Shown: positions 13,440-26,780, counted from the whole stretch's first letter. The stretch is DNA of 63,871 nt, filler included, from Basidiobolus ranarum (GCA_040143965.1; 44 parts of 44 records of this genome joined end to end with filler, not necessarily neighbours in it); one strand, 5' to 3'. Notes: generated by a model from the letters alone, not told the origin. Numbers and translations are program-made.

Positions 13440-14480
13440 TCATTAAGGCTGCATTTGAAGCCACTTGAAATAGACTGAGCTGAAAATAACAGAAATTGCT
13501 GAAGTCAATCTAACTGAAGTGAACTTTGCTACACAAGAAAATGTTTCTTTAAAATCTATTCCTGGTATTGAGTAATAACCTTTGGCTACCTGTTGAACCT
13601 TGTGTCTTTCCATATTGCCATAAAAGTTGTATTCAAATTTAAACAACCAATTGTGGCAATTGCCTTTATATCATCAGGTAAGTTAGTCAAAATCCAAATT
13701 TGATTATCAATCAAAGCCTCCTGCTCATCAGCCATTACAGACCTCCAAAATTTTGTGTGTGAGATATTTGGGGGCTGCTTTTACATGTAAGGGCTCACAG
13801 ATTTCAGCCCTGCAGAGATAAGCCCAATTGTGACAGTTTTTGCTAATTTAGTCAGGGCTGTTTTAAGACTAATATTATCATCTGGCTGGGGATGTAGCTA
13901 CTACAGCTTGTGAAATTGTATTGGGCACCTAGAGTGGCCTCAATTCTGGTTGCAAGGTTCATAGGAATGCTATTTATTTCTATATTGTTTGGTTTGAAAT
14001 CAACTTTATTGACTTGATCAGAAGCAAATATATCTTTTGTCAACAACATTGGAGGTCATTTCAAACAAGAATGTGATATTTTCATCAAACATAATATATA
14101 TGGGCTTGGTTAACTGTTAAAATGGGAATAATAGAGTCAGTAGGCCTTAAGGTGACATTAGCCCAGATATATGCATTTCTCACTTTTTAGACCAAATGTA
14201 AAGCAACTTTGGTTAATAACTTTTCCATAAGCAGTGAATCCAAAAATTCTCAAATGTTTCACATCAGGTCAAGCTCCAAACCAATCTTGATATGCAATAA
14301 CTGATAATTGCATACAAACTACTTTGGGTTTTATGTAGGTTTATGTAAGTTCTGATCCTTTTCTCCAGAAGCTATAAAAACCCAATCTCACCCAGTATTT
14401 ATACATGCTGACCTATCATCATCAAATAACAGCCCTTTTGAAATAGGCTTTCATTTCTAATGACAAATTTTTGCAATCTG
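13440..14480 (-). pseudogene. Heavily decayed Ty1/copia integrase-RT
   Basis: VAKGYYSIPGIDFKETFSCVAKFTSVR. Confidence 0.8.
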
Positions 14481-15047
14481 GAATCTAGAAGTATGCACTG
14501 TCTNNNNNNNNNNNNNNNNNNNNNNNNNNNNNNNNNNNNNNNNNNNNTTAATTAATTAANNNNNNNNNNNNNNNNNNNNNNNNNNNNNNNNNNNNNNNNN
14601 NNNAAAAATGCAAGGTATCAGACAGATATAAGGAAGAATTTAGATTCACCAATATTAGTACAACAGTGGACTTTAATAGAGATAATGAAACAAACTTGTG
14701 ATGGGTATGAGCTAGACCTTGGGTATGAAGAACTCTATAAGAATGTTCAGGTGAATATATCAAAAAAACTAGTGATTTTGAAGGTGACAAATTAGAATTC
14801 AAGTGGTAAATTTGTAAAATTTGAGTGATGTTTTTTGCACATGTGTTGATCCAAAGTTCTCTGAGATTGTTGCCAATCATCTGCAACTATTTTGCAAGAT
14901 TTTGAAATTTCACTCCTGAAAATGAAAAAAATGATTAAAATCAAATCTTACTTGACAATTTTATGATGGTAAGAAAATGGTCAATCCCAAATGGATTAAC
15001 ATTGTGATGGTTTTCTTATGATAACAATCCTCAAATTTCTGTTAGGG

Positions 15048-15455
15048 TTTATCTCATAGCGTTTGGGCAGAATCTGTTATGACAGCGGTATATCTGAGGA
15101 ATAGGAGTTTTACTAGAAGTCTGTCTAACTCTGCACCATATTGTGCTTGGTTTGGGGTCAAACCTGATGTAAAACATTTGAGGATCTTTGGATGCAGTGC
15201 ATATGTCAAAATCATAACCAAAAATTGGTCTATATTTAATCCAAAAAGTAAGATATGCATATTTCTGGGTTATTTCACTCAAACTAAGGCCTACAGACTC
15301 TATCATACTGAAATTTCCAAGTTTATCAAGTCCATGGATGCTTTGTTTAATGAAAATGAAAATGTTTCTATAAAAATGACCTCAGATGATGACAAAAATC
15401 AATTTTCTCCTGATCCAATCATTCAAATTGATTCAAACCACAACAATGAAGAAAA
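15048..15455 (+). pseudogene. Ty1/copia integrase C-terminus / SH3
   Basis: TAVYLRNRS..KPDVKHLRIFGC..KICIFLGY..KAYRLY. Confidence 0.9.
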
Positions 15456-15961
15456 TGTAGAAATTGGCATTGCCTAAACACCTATATATTCATATATAGC
15501 TTAGTACTTAGTTATCATATAGTTTACTAAGATATTATCAATTATTCTCATTCAGAATTTACTTACTATACTTTTACCAACTTAGAAGTTCTCAGATATA
15601 TAGATTTTTCAAACTTGTGCTAGAAGCCCCAAACTTTGCACACATGTTCCTGGGACCTTCCTTAACACATTCTACATGTTTGTTTGCTTACATCTTGAAA
15701 AAACTATAAATGTCAACTTTCTACTCAATAAATCAATAAGTGAAAAAACATCAATTCCTCTAATTCTCCAAACCACTTCCAACAGGCTCCCAAATACTTT
15801 AACAGGTTATGAGCCCCAAGCTTGCACTCTCTGTAATTTCTACTTCTCAAATTTATGGAACTTTTCCTTCTTCTGAAAAGTTGGATGGAACCAATTATCA
15901 AGGTTGGAAAATTAAAATGAAAATGCTGCTGCAAGAAAAAGGACTTTGGGACACTGTTGTA
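15456..15961 (+). mobile_element. Copia 5' LTR (15456-15804), PBS GGTTATGAGCCC (15805-15816) and gag start
   Basis: TG...CA LTR of about 349 bp; gag EKLDGTNYQGWKIKMKMLL.EKGLW. Confidence 0.88.
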
Positions 15962-16061
15962 NNNNNNNNNNNNNNNNNNNNNNNNNNNNNNNNNNNNNNN
16001 NNNNNTTAATTAATTAANNNNNNNNNNNNNNNNNNNNNNNNNNNNNNNNNNNNNNNNNNNN

Positions 16062-16190
16062 CAAGAGACAGACCCATATTACAGTACGTCCCAGAGTTAT
16101 TCAACTGTGGTTATTGCACCCTTTGGTCACCTCACAAAACCCTTGGGATATTGCAGTTATAGTTGCTGCTTACACCCTAAAACAACTACA
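16062..16190 (+). mobile_element. End of the long LTR of the tRNA-Lys-primed gypsy, inserted in a CMC transposase
   Basis: Reverse complement of 30294-30422; ends CAACTACA. Confidence 0.8.
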
Positions 16191-17020
16191 CTGGTGAAAG
16201 CCAGACAACCATTTGGACATGAAGGTAGTTTAATTACTGAAGGATTAGAAGTCATACAATTGACAAGTGTTTTCCAGTTGTACCATGTCTGAGGCAAGCA
16301 ACAGTTGCCAATTGACAATGGTAAAAGTGTAAGAAAACCAATAAACACCTGGTTGCTATGATTGGATTGAATCTCCACTCCTCAATAATCAATGCTGCTT
16401 CCTTTACAGTAAGTGTTATGAGTGAACTAATGTTTGCCAATAACAAAGAGTATGTAATAAAACCATCCTCTTCTTCTTCAACTTCCAATAAACTACCATT
16501 GGTACTGGAATAACCAAGGTCAACATCTAGCAGCAAGTCCTCAAAGTTGTCTGGACTTACTGGTTTGTCCAAAATTGCATTTTGACCTACATCATTCTGG
16601 TCATATAACTGTGGTTACTCCACCATATCTTGACTTTTTGCAGTCTTACCAAAACTTTGAGGCAAACTACAGTCAGTGGACCCAATGGGCAAAACAAAAT
16701 TCAGTTTAGTGTACTTATTACTGTTGTTAGACACCAGGCTTTGTGGAGCTGGTGGCTTTGTACAGTGACTGTGCTTCTGATTATTTTTTCTATGAAGCCT
16801 CTGGCTTTCATAGCGCTAGAATTTGTGACATTAATAGCAGGGCTTCTGTAAACATTTGAGTAGCAGTATGAGAAGGATATTGTGGAAAAAAGAACATCTC
16901 CTACATAAGGGTGGTATTTTAGGTATAGCTCATCAATATCATAAGCTGATTCTGAGATGGTGTCACAGATGACTCATTGGGGCATTTACAAGATATTTCC
17001 AGTAATAGATGGCAATCATG
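16191..17020 (-). pseudogene. CMC/CACTA transposase N-terminal region
   Basis: Homologous to 25399-26154, which runs into the Transposase_21-like core. Confidence 0.75.
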
Positions 17021-17081
17021 GTTTATTACAAGCTGTTTCTAAGCAATTTCATTATACCAAGCTTGCCATCTGAAAATTTCA

Positions 17082-17418
17082 ATGCCATTCAAAAAGCATT
17101 CAAAATCTAAGTCAAAGTTGGCTTTGAACCCAAAGCCTGCTGGTGCAAAAGGAAAAAAACCAGCAAGAATAGAGGACTTGATTGATGAGCAATCTAGCAA
17201 TCCACTGTTCACTTTGGAAGGCAGACACATGCCGGAAACTAACTCAAGTAATGATGAAGCATTAATCAATTTACCAGATGTGTTCCTTTCCAGCAATAGT
17301 GCAAGTCAAGAGATTGTAATCCCTCAATTATAGAGTAAATCAATAGTTGAGCAAAGTTCAACCAAAACACCATCAAGACCATCAACTTCCAAAATGGCTA
17401 CTTTGCCCACAATTGAAC
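17082..17418 (+). pseudogene. CMC element ORF2 5' end (MPFKKHSKSK...), head-to-head with the transposase
   Basis: ATG at 17082 on the same contig as the transposase 5' region on the opposite strand; basic, NLS-like N-terminus. Confidence 0.7.
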
Positions 17419-17826
17419 NNNNNNNNNNNNNNNNNNNNNNNNNNNNNNNNNNNNNNNNNNNNTTAATTAATTAANNNNNNNNNNNNNNNNNNNNNNNNNN
17501 NNNNNNNNNNNNNNNNNNTCAATAAGTGAAAACCACCAATTCTTCTAATTCTCCAAACCACTTCCAACAGGCTCCCAAATACTTTAACAGTACTAAGCTA
17601 TATATGACTATATAGGTGTTTAGGCAATGCTAATTTCAACATAATTAACTTAAATCTTCCTACTTCTGAATGGTATAAGAGTCATAATATTTTGATATTA
17701 TCCATCATATCTGTGCCTAAATCACCAGTGCTTAAAGATAGCTTCTTGGAGCCTTTGATTGCAGTATTTGAATTGTTATCTAATAGGGTTCAGATGGGTG
17801 AATATTTTATTAAAGCTTATATCATT

Positions 17827-18875
17827 CCCTAACAAAATAAAATTGATTTGATCAGGAATGGATCCACCCTCCAAAAGAGCAAAACCATCAGAGAATGGTC
17901 ACAATATTGGTGGCTTGCATTCTGTCAGGGATTTTGATGGTGTGATGGTGATTTCTTGATGGTATTCATACATGTTAAAATATTGATCCTCAAATTTGGC
18001 ATGTGTTATTCAATATCCAACAATTTTTGCAAAAATATAATTTTCAAATGGCAAATTACTGGGTTTACTGCTGTAGGAATTCAAATCAATATGCATGCCT
18101 TTATTTAGTTATTTTAGGCTTTGTATTCCAGCCATGATGAGAATCAAAAAATACAAGAATCTTGTTGTGTTTAGTCTCTACATATACACATACTTGACTG
18201 ATTAGACATAACTCAACAACATCAATATGGTTTACCAGCAAACTAATGGTGGAAAAACTGCTAAACATCTGAAATTTTGAATTGCAGTGACACTTGGCAA
18301 ATAGCTGACTCTTGTTACCATTCACAATGAGAATAAGCTCTTAGATTTTGACAAAATTCCATAAAGAATTAAGCCAATATATCCCCAACTTGTAGTCAAC
18401 AAATGTCCTGCCACAAGTAGATGTGTCATTGCTAGAATAGATTACCCCATGACTAAAACAATAATACTGCATATCTTGATCTATCTCACCAAGAAGTCTG
18501 TCTTGCAGCTTTCCTAAGAACACCATCAGATTATCACACAAGCAAATTAGTCCAATTATAGAGGTACTTACTCTGTGTCCATGAATTGGGCTTTGTTGCT
18601 GTTATTGTGCTCAAACAATGCAAAAACCCATGAGCATATTGAAAAGAGCCCTTTGTTGGCAGGTTAATATACTCTGGAGTCTTCTTAACCCGTTGCATTA
18701 CATCCATCACTGATTTTGCTGATACATTGTTATTCAGATTAGCATATGATAATATTGACAATTTCACAGGGAGCATCATTTGACCACAGGTGTGCTCCAT
18801 TGGGAACTCTCAGAATGCATAGCAAGGGCCTATAATATCTAAGCATTGTAAAAGATGCAGCAGGGAATGTATTGA
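17827..18875 (-). mobile_element. CMC element: transposase 3' end and terminus B (CCCTAACAAAA...)
   Basis: Terminus B also at 31621, 44868, 52249, 61892 and 62955; it follows the transposase stop. Confidence 0.85.
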
Positions 18876-19094
18876 NNNNNNNNNNNNNNNNNNNNNNNNN
18901 NNNNNNNNNNNNNNNNNNNTTAATTAATTAANNNNNNNNNNNNNNNNNNNNNNNNNNNNNNNNNNNNNNNNNNNNCTTAGCAGGGAAGCTTGGGAAAGAT
19001 GGGAAATAAGAGGGAAGCCAACCTTGGGGGGTTTCAAGGTTGGAGAATAGGGATGGAGAGAAGTCTACAGGCAAGTATAAGTAGTCTGTCAAAC

Positions 19095-19470
19095 TGTCAC
19101 AATAAGGAACTGGACAAGGACTGCAAACAATGACAAGAGGCTAGAAGGCAGGAGAGTACTTGGGTATAGACCACAATACAAGACGTGACAAGACTGGACA
19201 AGGAAGATACTTTGGCAAGAATCTTTATTGATAACTGGCATTGATCAGACTGAGGTCTGATCAAGAAATACATGGTGCTTATATAGATATTGACATGACT
19301 GGTTAGGTTTCATGGAATGTTCCAAAGAATATGACTTCCATATAAGGTAATATAGACAAACTAACACAAGATTGCCAAGAAGAGACGGCACAGCAGATAT
19401 GATGTCATAATCTAATAATAGAGGAATTCTATTTGTACTGTATTAGTATGCCAAGATCAGAATCATGACA
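19095..19470 (-). mobile_element. Chromovirus LTR (TGTCA...TGACA), internally shortened
   Basis: Matches the LTR next to the PPT at 46598-46850; other copies at 31386, 46223 and 50642. Confidence 0.8.
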
Positions 19471-19599
19471 CCAGCACAAATTGGAATGATTGGGCACTAT
19501 CTGGCACAATGTTAGTTACCATTTTGGAAACCATTTATTTTACTTGCGTGGTATATTTAAGAAAAGTACTTTTAGACATTATTGCACATTCAAAAGATG

Positions 19600-20331
19600 A
19601 TAAAAGCTTCACTCATAGTTTCTTAAGTCTAGAGCTCCCAATGGATATCTTTGAGTATGAATGTATTCAGAATTAATCAAGATTTTGACTACTTTGCCAA
19701 CTTTGATTGAGGCCCACAAAATGACTTTTCTCCCTACTTTCCTGCTACAATGCTGTATCTCTTTAGAAAACCAAAGCTATGTTCTACTCTTGCTCTAAAA
19801 TGGGAAATAATGTCATAATAAAGCTTTTGCCTCTCTGTGAGTATCCCTCCTCTGGGCCTCTTGTTAGCAGTGACACCTTCCAGCCTTCTCCATTCTTCCC
19901 CAACATATGCCAAATCAGACATAGTCTTCTCATATCTTACAAATGGTGCATATCTCTCAACCCAAAGCCTTTTGTCATGGTGTCTCCCTGGATGTGGCCC
20001 ATTAACCAAATGATGTTTCCTTCCAAATCTGTCAAAGCCTGGAATGTAACACAGCAGGCTTTGTAGTAGCCAGAATGGAATAGCTTTTGGTTGCTTTTGG
20101 GCCTGTTAACTCTGACTGGAAATGTGTCAAGAATACTTCTGATATGAACTCTATTGGGAAGTACTCCAGGGAATGGAAGGAAACTAGAGGCACTGAATCT
20201 TTTGTCCCAGGCACCTTCAGCATCATTCATCACTGAAGCTAGATAATTCTCACTTACTTGAAGCCTGGTATGGAAGCTTCTCCCACTTTTGCTACCATTT
20301 GTAGTGCACTGAAATCTGATTGGACAATAGT
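19600..20331 (-). pseudogene. Second copy of the PHIS DDE transposase
   Basis: GPHPGRHHDKRLW, SDLAYVG, RARVEHSFGFLKRY. Confidence 0.88.
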
Positions 20332-20431
20332 NNNNNNNNNNNNNNNNNNNNNNNNNNNNNNNNNNNNNNNNNNNNTTAATTAATTAANNNNNNNNNNNNN
20401 NNNNNNNNNNNNNNNNNNNNNNNNNNNNNNN

Positions 20432-20700
20432 TTGAGCTTGGTGCCAGGGAATTTACTTTCAAATGCCTTGGCTAGACCGGCTCCACCATTAGGCAAATCA
20501 CCTCCCGCAAAGACATTCACCAATCCTCCCTCTTTGAGAGCACTCTTGTATAGTTTCTGGAGTGCGGCTTCTTCATGCTTCACATATGAAGGTACATACG
20601 ATGAAGAATAACGTGCAGCACTTGAGGGAAGTGCGTTAACCAAGGCAAAAGGTAAAATAGCAGCGGTAGTTGCGAATAGAGCGAAAGAGAAATGAACCAT
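20432..20700 (-). CDS. Secreted periplasmic-binding-protein-like (ABC Fe3+/thiamine SBP-like) protein, N-terminal fragment
   Basis: Signal peptide followed by LYKSALKEGGLVNVFAGGD...AFESKFPG, typical of the fungal SBP-like family. Confidence 0.75.
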
Positions 20701-21673
20701 TATAAACCTGTGAACTGTAATCTGAATACCGGTACATAGTCTGTAACCTCATGCTTTTATAACTTTACAACTGGTGCGATATCGTGGAGCGTTAATATGT
20801 ATATGGTATCAGTTTATCAATTAACGATTGAAATCAATATTTGCATTTATAGTTGAACTTAGTGATTTAGGTGAAAGTAATCGGATAATATTTCCTAATT
20901 AAAGTTTGTGATATTGACTGACAGACTTAGTAATCCACCCTCAGATCAAAAATATTAATTTAGTATATACCACGGGCGCACAATAATCTTAAATAGTCAA
21001 ACCAATAGAATCTGGTAAGAAAACGCAAATCGTTGTGACTTCAATGAAATTAAAATGTATTGGTTACATGGCAACTCATTATGTATTTCAGGTACCATTA
21101 CTATATTCGGCGGTAAAACAGAGATTCAACGTAGAGCTACCGTGCGCTGTGCTTGATCTGACAGACAAGATGGGACCATGGAACTCCATTGGAGCCTCAG
21201 TAAAGCTATTAAAGGAGCAGCTATACGTATGCAATTTCATTTAAGCTGAGTGGTAGTCAATGTACAAGTCATAAAATGTATTCAATTATGTAACTAGTCA
21301 AGTCGCTTCTGGTTTATCGAAAATCATCGATCACTTACTAACTATAGAAGTTAGAGGTTAAGTCTACCCACTGCTCGTTTCGAATAACCAGATTCACCTC
21401 ATATCTAAGATCAATTTATGGATCGTAATTTCAGTTGTTGATGATTAACATGAGGCATATTTCAAACATAAAAATACTTGAGCAATAAACTTTTCACAGA
21501 ACAGTATATTAAAAAACCACACAGGAAACAGTAATCAAAACACTTACCTAACCCTAAATCCACTATTCGAATAAGATGATTTATTGAAGCCTAGTTAACC
21601 CAATAGTACTTGTCAAAACTATATTAACTAAAGTCTTTATGTTATGAACTTGAATGGGCATTCATCACACAGA

Positions 21674-21787
21674 TTAACTGTATTCTAAGTCAAGTGGAGA
21701 GGCTCCTACAACCGGACCAATAAGCTTCTCCATGAATGCCTTATCTTCCTCCACTTTAGTGCGGTTCATCATGTAGTTACGGAAGCC
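21674..21787 (-). CDS. C-terminus of an upstream tandem paralog of the SBP-like gene
   Basis: GFRNYMMNRTKVEEDKAFMEKLIGPVVGASPLDLEYS* resembles the family C-terminus. Confidence 0.6.
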   Translation of the reverse strand, partial: GFRNYMMNRTKVEEDKAFMEKLIGPVVGASPLDLEYS

Positions 21788-21887
21788 NNNNNNNNNNNNN
21801 NNNNNNNNNNNNNNNNNNNNNNNNNNNNNNNTTAATTAATTAANNNNNNNNNNNNNNNNNNNNNNNNNNNNNNNNNNNNNNNNNNNN

Positions 21888-22080
21888 CCCAACTCAATAG
21901 TCAGTGGAGCCAATCTCAAAGAAAGCTTAAATTTCTCAAATTTCTGCTTAGCTAATGGTTTGGTTAATACATCAACAATCATGTTTTCTATAGAATAATC
22001 AGTCAGTTTAATAAACTTATTCTCCATAGTCTCTCTAATAAAGTAATGTCTGATATTTATAAACTTACTTCTAGTATGCT
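21888..22080 (-). pseudogene. Copia RNase H end and PPT
   Basis: ENMIVDVLTKPL; TTGAGTTGGG. Confidence 0.8.
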
Positions 22081-23488
22081 TTATGAAAAATGCAAGTGAA
22101 ATCCCATAGAGAAATGGACAAAAAGTTCACTTGATCCTAACTTACCAATGGAATCCCATCACAATTAGGGATGAAAAGCAATTGCTAACTATGGAAAATC
22201 AACTTGCAGCTTACTCAATTTATTACTCTACCAGATAGTCCATCTATCATTGCCTAAAAATCTTTGTAAAAACTTCTCACTTAAAATAGGATGATCTTCA
22301 CAATGCACAATGAAATACCTTGGTTTTTATTCATTATATTCTGACCAGATTTAGCTGCACTTTGATATTACATTGAGTTATGGTGTGAAGAGTAATATCT
22401 CTCTTGTTACATTGTATTGGCAGCTTGAAAAGAATCCACCATTCAATCAGCCTACACCCACTGAGGTTTTTTTCCAAAGTAGAGGGAATCCTCCATTAAT
22501 GTGCTATCATTGATTTAGTTTCTCCTGAAAGTTTTGTTCAAAAGATGTACTTGGTGTAAGTCTGGCCAGTTGCTGCAAAAAATCAAAACATACCAATTTA
22601 ACTTACTGAACTACTCAGGAAGTGAAATACTTCTCAATAGCTTCTGAGTATTTATTGCTGTTTTAAAAGTTGGTACCATTGATGGTTGCTTTTGATTTAC
22701 TGGCAGTTGCACCACAGTTATCAGCAGTAGTGTTAGTATCTACACTTTCAAAAACTGAGAGTTCAAGCTGATCACTGGCAACTATGACTTAGCTTCTGAT
22801 TTTTGAAGAAAGGCCATATACCCCAACTAGACAGCAAAAGAAACCATATCCAACACAGTGAAATATAAGATAACTAGATACTAAGCTATATATAAAGATA
22901 TAGGTGTTTAGCCAATGCTAATTTCAACAAAGATAATATCCATTATCAAATATTGGAGTTAACTCAAAATATTTACACCAACTTAGAAGTTCTCAGATAC
23001 ATAGATTTTTCAGGCTTGTGCTAGAGGCCCCAAACCTTACACATATGTTCCTGAAACCTCTTTCAATACATTTTACATTTTAGTCAGTTGATATTGTGAT
23101 TAACGTATAAATGTCAACTTGCAACTCAATAAATCTGTTGGAGGATCTTGACATAATGAGGGTAGACTTTGAGTATTTGAAGCAACTTATGATAGTGTGT
23201 TTTAGTTAGTTTATTCTTAAGAGTATATGGTGACTTATATAGTNNNNNNNNNNNNNNNNNNNNNNNNNNNNNNNNNNNNNNNNNNNNTTAATTAATTAAN
23301 NNNNNNNNNNNNNNNNNNNNNNNNNNNNNNNNNNNNNNNNNNNATTCAGGAGAATATATCAAAGAGACTAGGGATTTTGAAGGTGACAAATTAGCGTTCA
23401 AGTGGTAATTGTGTAAAATTTGAGTTACATTTTTTGCACATGTGTTGATCCATACTTCTCTGAGATTGTAGCCAATCAGGCGCAACTA

Positions 23489-24699
23489 TATTTTCTTGGC
23501 AGTTTTAGCTCTTGAACATTGAATTTGCAAGTTGTCTTTACCAATAAGACAAATTGTGTTAAAGGTACTTTGTTCTTTTTTGAACCAGAGTAAAGCTTTG
23601 GTTTCAGATAGTTTTGCATTGTTTTCTTCTCCTAAAGCAGTGTCCCAAAGTCCTTTTTCTTGCAGCAGCATTTTCATTTTAATTTTACAAACTTGATTCC
23701 ATCCAGTTTTACAGAATAGGGAAGAGTTTGATGAATTTGAGAAGTAGACATTAGAGACATTGCATGCTGAGGGTTCATAACCTGTTAAAGTATTTGAGAG
23801 CCTGTTGGAAGTAGTTTGGAGAATTAGGCAAATTAGAGGTTTTGTCTTGTTGATTTATTGAGTGTTTGGTTTATATTTATTGGTTTGTCAAGATAGTAAC
23901 AAACTAATGTGTAGAATGTGTTAAAGAAGGTCCTAGGAGCATGCATGCAAAGTTTGGGGCCTCTAGTGCAAGTTTGAAAATGTATATATCTCAGAACTTC
24001 TGAGTTGCTAAAAATATTTTAAGCAAATTGTAATTGAGAATAATGGATAATGTCTTAGTGAATAATAAGATAACTAAGTACTAAGCTATATATTGCTATG
24101 TAGATGTTTAGGCAATTCTAATTTCAACATCTAATGCAGTCCATTTCATCCACAAATATTATGAATCTACTAATCAGTGATTTAATGTCTTCTCCTGGCT
24201 TCATCTTCAAGTCAAAGAATTGTCTTCTTATAAACTTCTTGTTGGCAGCACAACTTGTTTGGTAGGTGTCTTCAAAGGCATTCCATACCTTCTTGGCAGC
24301 TTTAACTCCTGAGCATTGAATAAGAAATTTGTCTTTAACATTTAGACAAAATGTGATAAAGGCATGGTGTTCTTTTTAACCTGGGGTAAGACTTGGGTTT
24401 CAGATAGTTTTTCATTGCTTTTTCTCCTAGAACAGTGTCCCAAAGTCCTTTTTCTTGCAGTAGCATTTTCATTTTAATTTTCAAACTTCATAATTAATTC
24501 TATCCAATTTTTCAGAAGAGGGAAAAGTTCCATAATTTTCAGAAATAGACATTACAGAGAGTGCAAGCTTGGGGCTCATAGCCTTTTAAGTATTTGGGAG
24601 CCTGTTGGTAGTGGTTTGGAGAATTAGAGAACTTGGTAGTTTTCATCTATTGATTTATTGGGTAGAAAGTTGACATTTCTAGTTTTGTCAATATATAGA
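23489..24699 (-). mobile_element. Two nested copia 5' ends (LTR-PBS-gag); LTR at 23783-24129
   Basis: Degenerate PBS at 23771-23782 and about 24572-24583; KMKMLLQEKGLWD occurs twice. Confidence 0.85.
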
Positions 24700-24904
24700 N
24701 NNNNNNNNNNNNNNNNNNNNNNNNNNNNNNNNNNNNNNNNNNNTTAATTAATTAANNNNNNNNNNNNNNNNNNNNNNNNNNNNNNNNNNNNNNNNNNNNT
24801 GATATTTGACTAAATAATGTTGACTAACTAATATGTGATATATGAAATAGTTAGGTGTATAAAGATAGGGATAACATATATGATAAAGACAATAAACTTC
24901 AACA

Positions 24905-26154
24905 GTAATGAATATGGCTGTGAGTAAACTCCATTGATTTGACAAAATCTGCAGCAAGATAGTGCATTGTGCACACCAAAACTTCCAAGTTTACTGATAG
25001 CAGGAGCCTCACCAATTCATTCAATGATATTAGCTTTAACAATATATTCACCCATCTGAACCCCATTGGATAACCATTTAAATTCCACAATCAAAGGATC
25101 CAAGAAGCTATCTACAAGCACTGGTGAGTTAGGTCCAGATTTGATGGATAGTATCAAAATATTATGACTCTTACACCATTCAGAAGGAGGAAGATTTAAG
25201 TTGATTATAATTATTGGCCAGCAAGCCTTTCCAATGGTATATTTGTTTAGTGAGATACCATCCAGTGCCAATGCAAATGCATGATCATACATGTTCTCAA
25301 AGAAACCTTCACTTTTCAGATTCTGGTAGTGATATTCATCAGGTATATTGGTAGTACCATCAGCTTTACAGTGAGTACTTTGGTATTGGATCAAAGATCT
25401 ATATTTGGGTGATTTCATCAAAACTTTTAAATGTTGAATTAATGATATTTAGCAAAATATGCAAAATATTTACTTGATTCAGTGATTGCCAATTGTGTGC
25501 AAACATACATGACTTCTGGTTGTTCAGATCACCAGAGAAAGCCAAACAACCACTAGGACATGACAGTAGTTTAGTTACTGAAGGATTATAAGTCATACAA
25601 TTGACAAGTGTTTTCCACTTGTACCAGATCTGTGGCAAGCACAAGTTGCCAATTGACTGCAGTAAAAGTGTAAGATAAACAATGAACACCTGGTTGCAAA
25701 GTTTGGATTGAACTCTCCACTCCTCAATAATCAAAGCTACTTCCTTGAGAGTAAGTGTTATGAGTGGACTAATGTTTGCCAATAACACAGAGTCTGTAAT
25801 ATAACTGTCATCTTCTTCTTCAGCTTCTGATAAACTAGTGTTGGTAATGGAATAACCTTGGTCAACATCTGGCAGCAAGTCTTCAAAGTTGTCTGGACTT
25901 ACTGGTTTGACCAAATTTGCATTTTGACCTATAACATTCTGATCATATAACTGTGGTAACTTCTTGGTAACTTGACTTTTGCCAGTGTTACCAAAACTTT
26001 CATGCAAACTACAGTCAGTGGACTCAATGGGCAAAATTAAAGTTGATTTAGTGCACTTATTACTGTTGTTATGCACCAGGCTTTGTGCAGCTGGTGGTTT
26101 TGTACAGTGACCATGCTTGCGCTTATTTTTTCTATGAAGCCTTTGGCTTTCATT
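24905..26154 (-). pseudogene. CMC/CACTA transposase (Transposase_21/Tnp2-like core)
   Basis: CPSGCLAF; AFALALDG..CWPIIIINLNLPP..GPNSPVLVDSFLDPLIVEF. Confidence 0.9.
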
Positions 26155-26780
26155 NNNNNNNNNNNNNNNNNNNNNNNNNNNNNNNNNNNNNNNNNNNNTT
26201 AATTAATTAANNNNNNNNNNNNNNNNNNNNNNNNNNNNNNNNNNNNNNNNNNNNTCATGATGCAGCAGGTAGTGTAATTAAATCTTGATCGTGCGCTATT
26301 TTTCATTACCAATCATAAACTATTCACCATCTATGTCTTTTATGACTAGCAAATACCCAGAAATATATACGAAGATACTGAGGCAAATCTTATTTAATAA
26401 GCCCCACAAACTATAGTAAATAACCCGCCGACGTGAACGTGCCAGTTCAGTGCTTCAACCATACCAGCTGAGTTGGATATATGTTATTGATGTACGCTAC
26501 TTAATAATTGTCAAGTATTTATACACCTAAGTAGCACTGTATAATAGAATTTTTATCCGTGCACATGAACAAAACTCCCAATACCGCCACAGTTAGGTAC
26601 TAGTGACAAATCCATGAACCCAGAAATTTAAGCTTGTTATCTGCCACAAATTTTGTCAGTATTACATTCAGATCGCTGAGTCAGTTATCATGTATCAGTC
26701 AATGTCACCACTCTAATTCAATGTCAACTAATTTTGCACCTGCCTTAACTAAGCTGATGGTCAAAGTTTCCTTAAAAATG

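Noticed and set aside
22080-22860. Possible decayed gag-like coding sequence
   Set aside because: CpG-depleted and probably TE-derived, but I could not recover a recognisable frame
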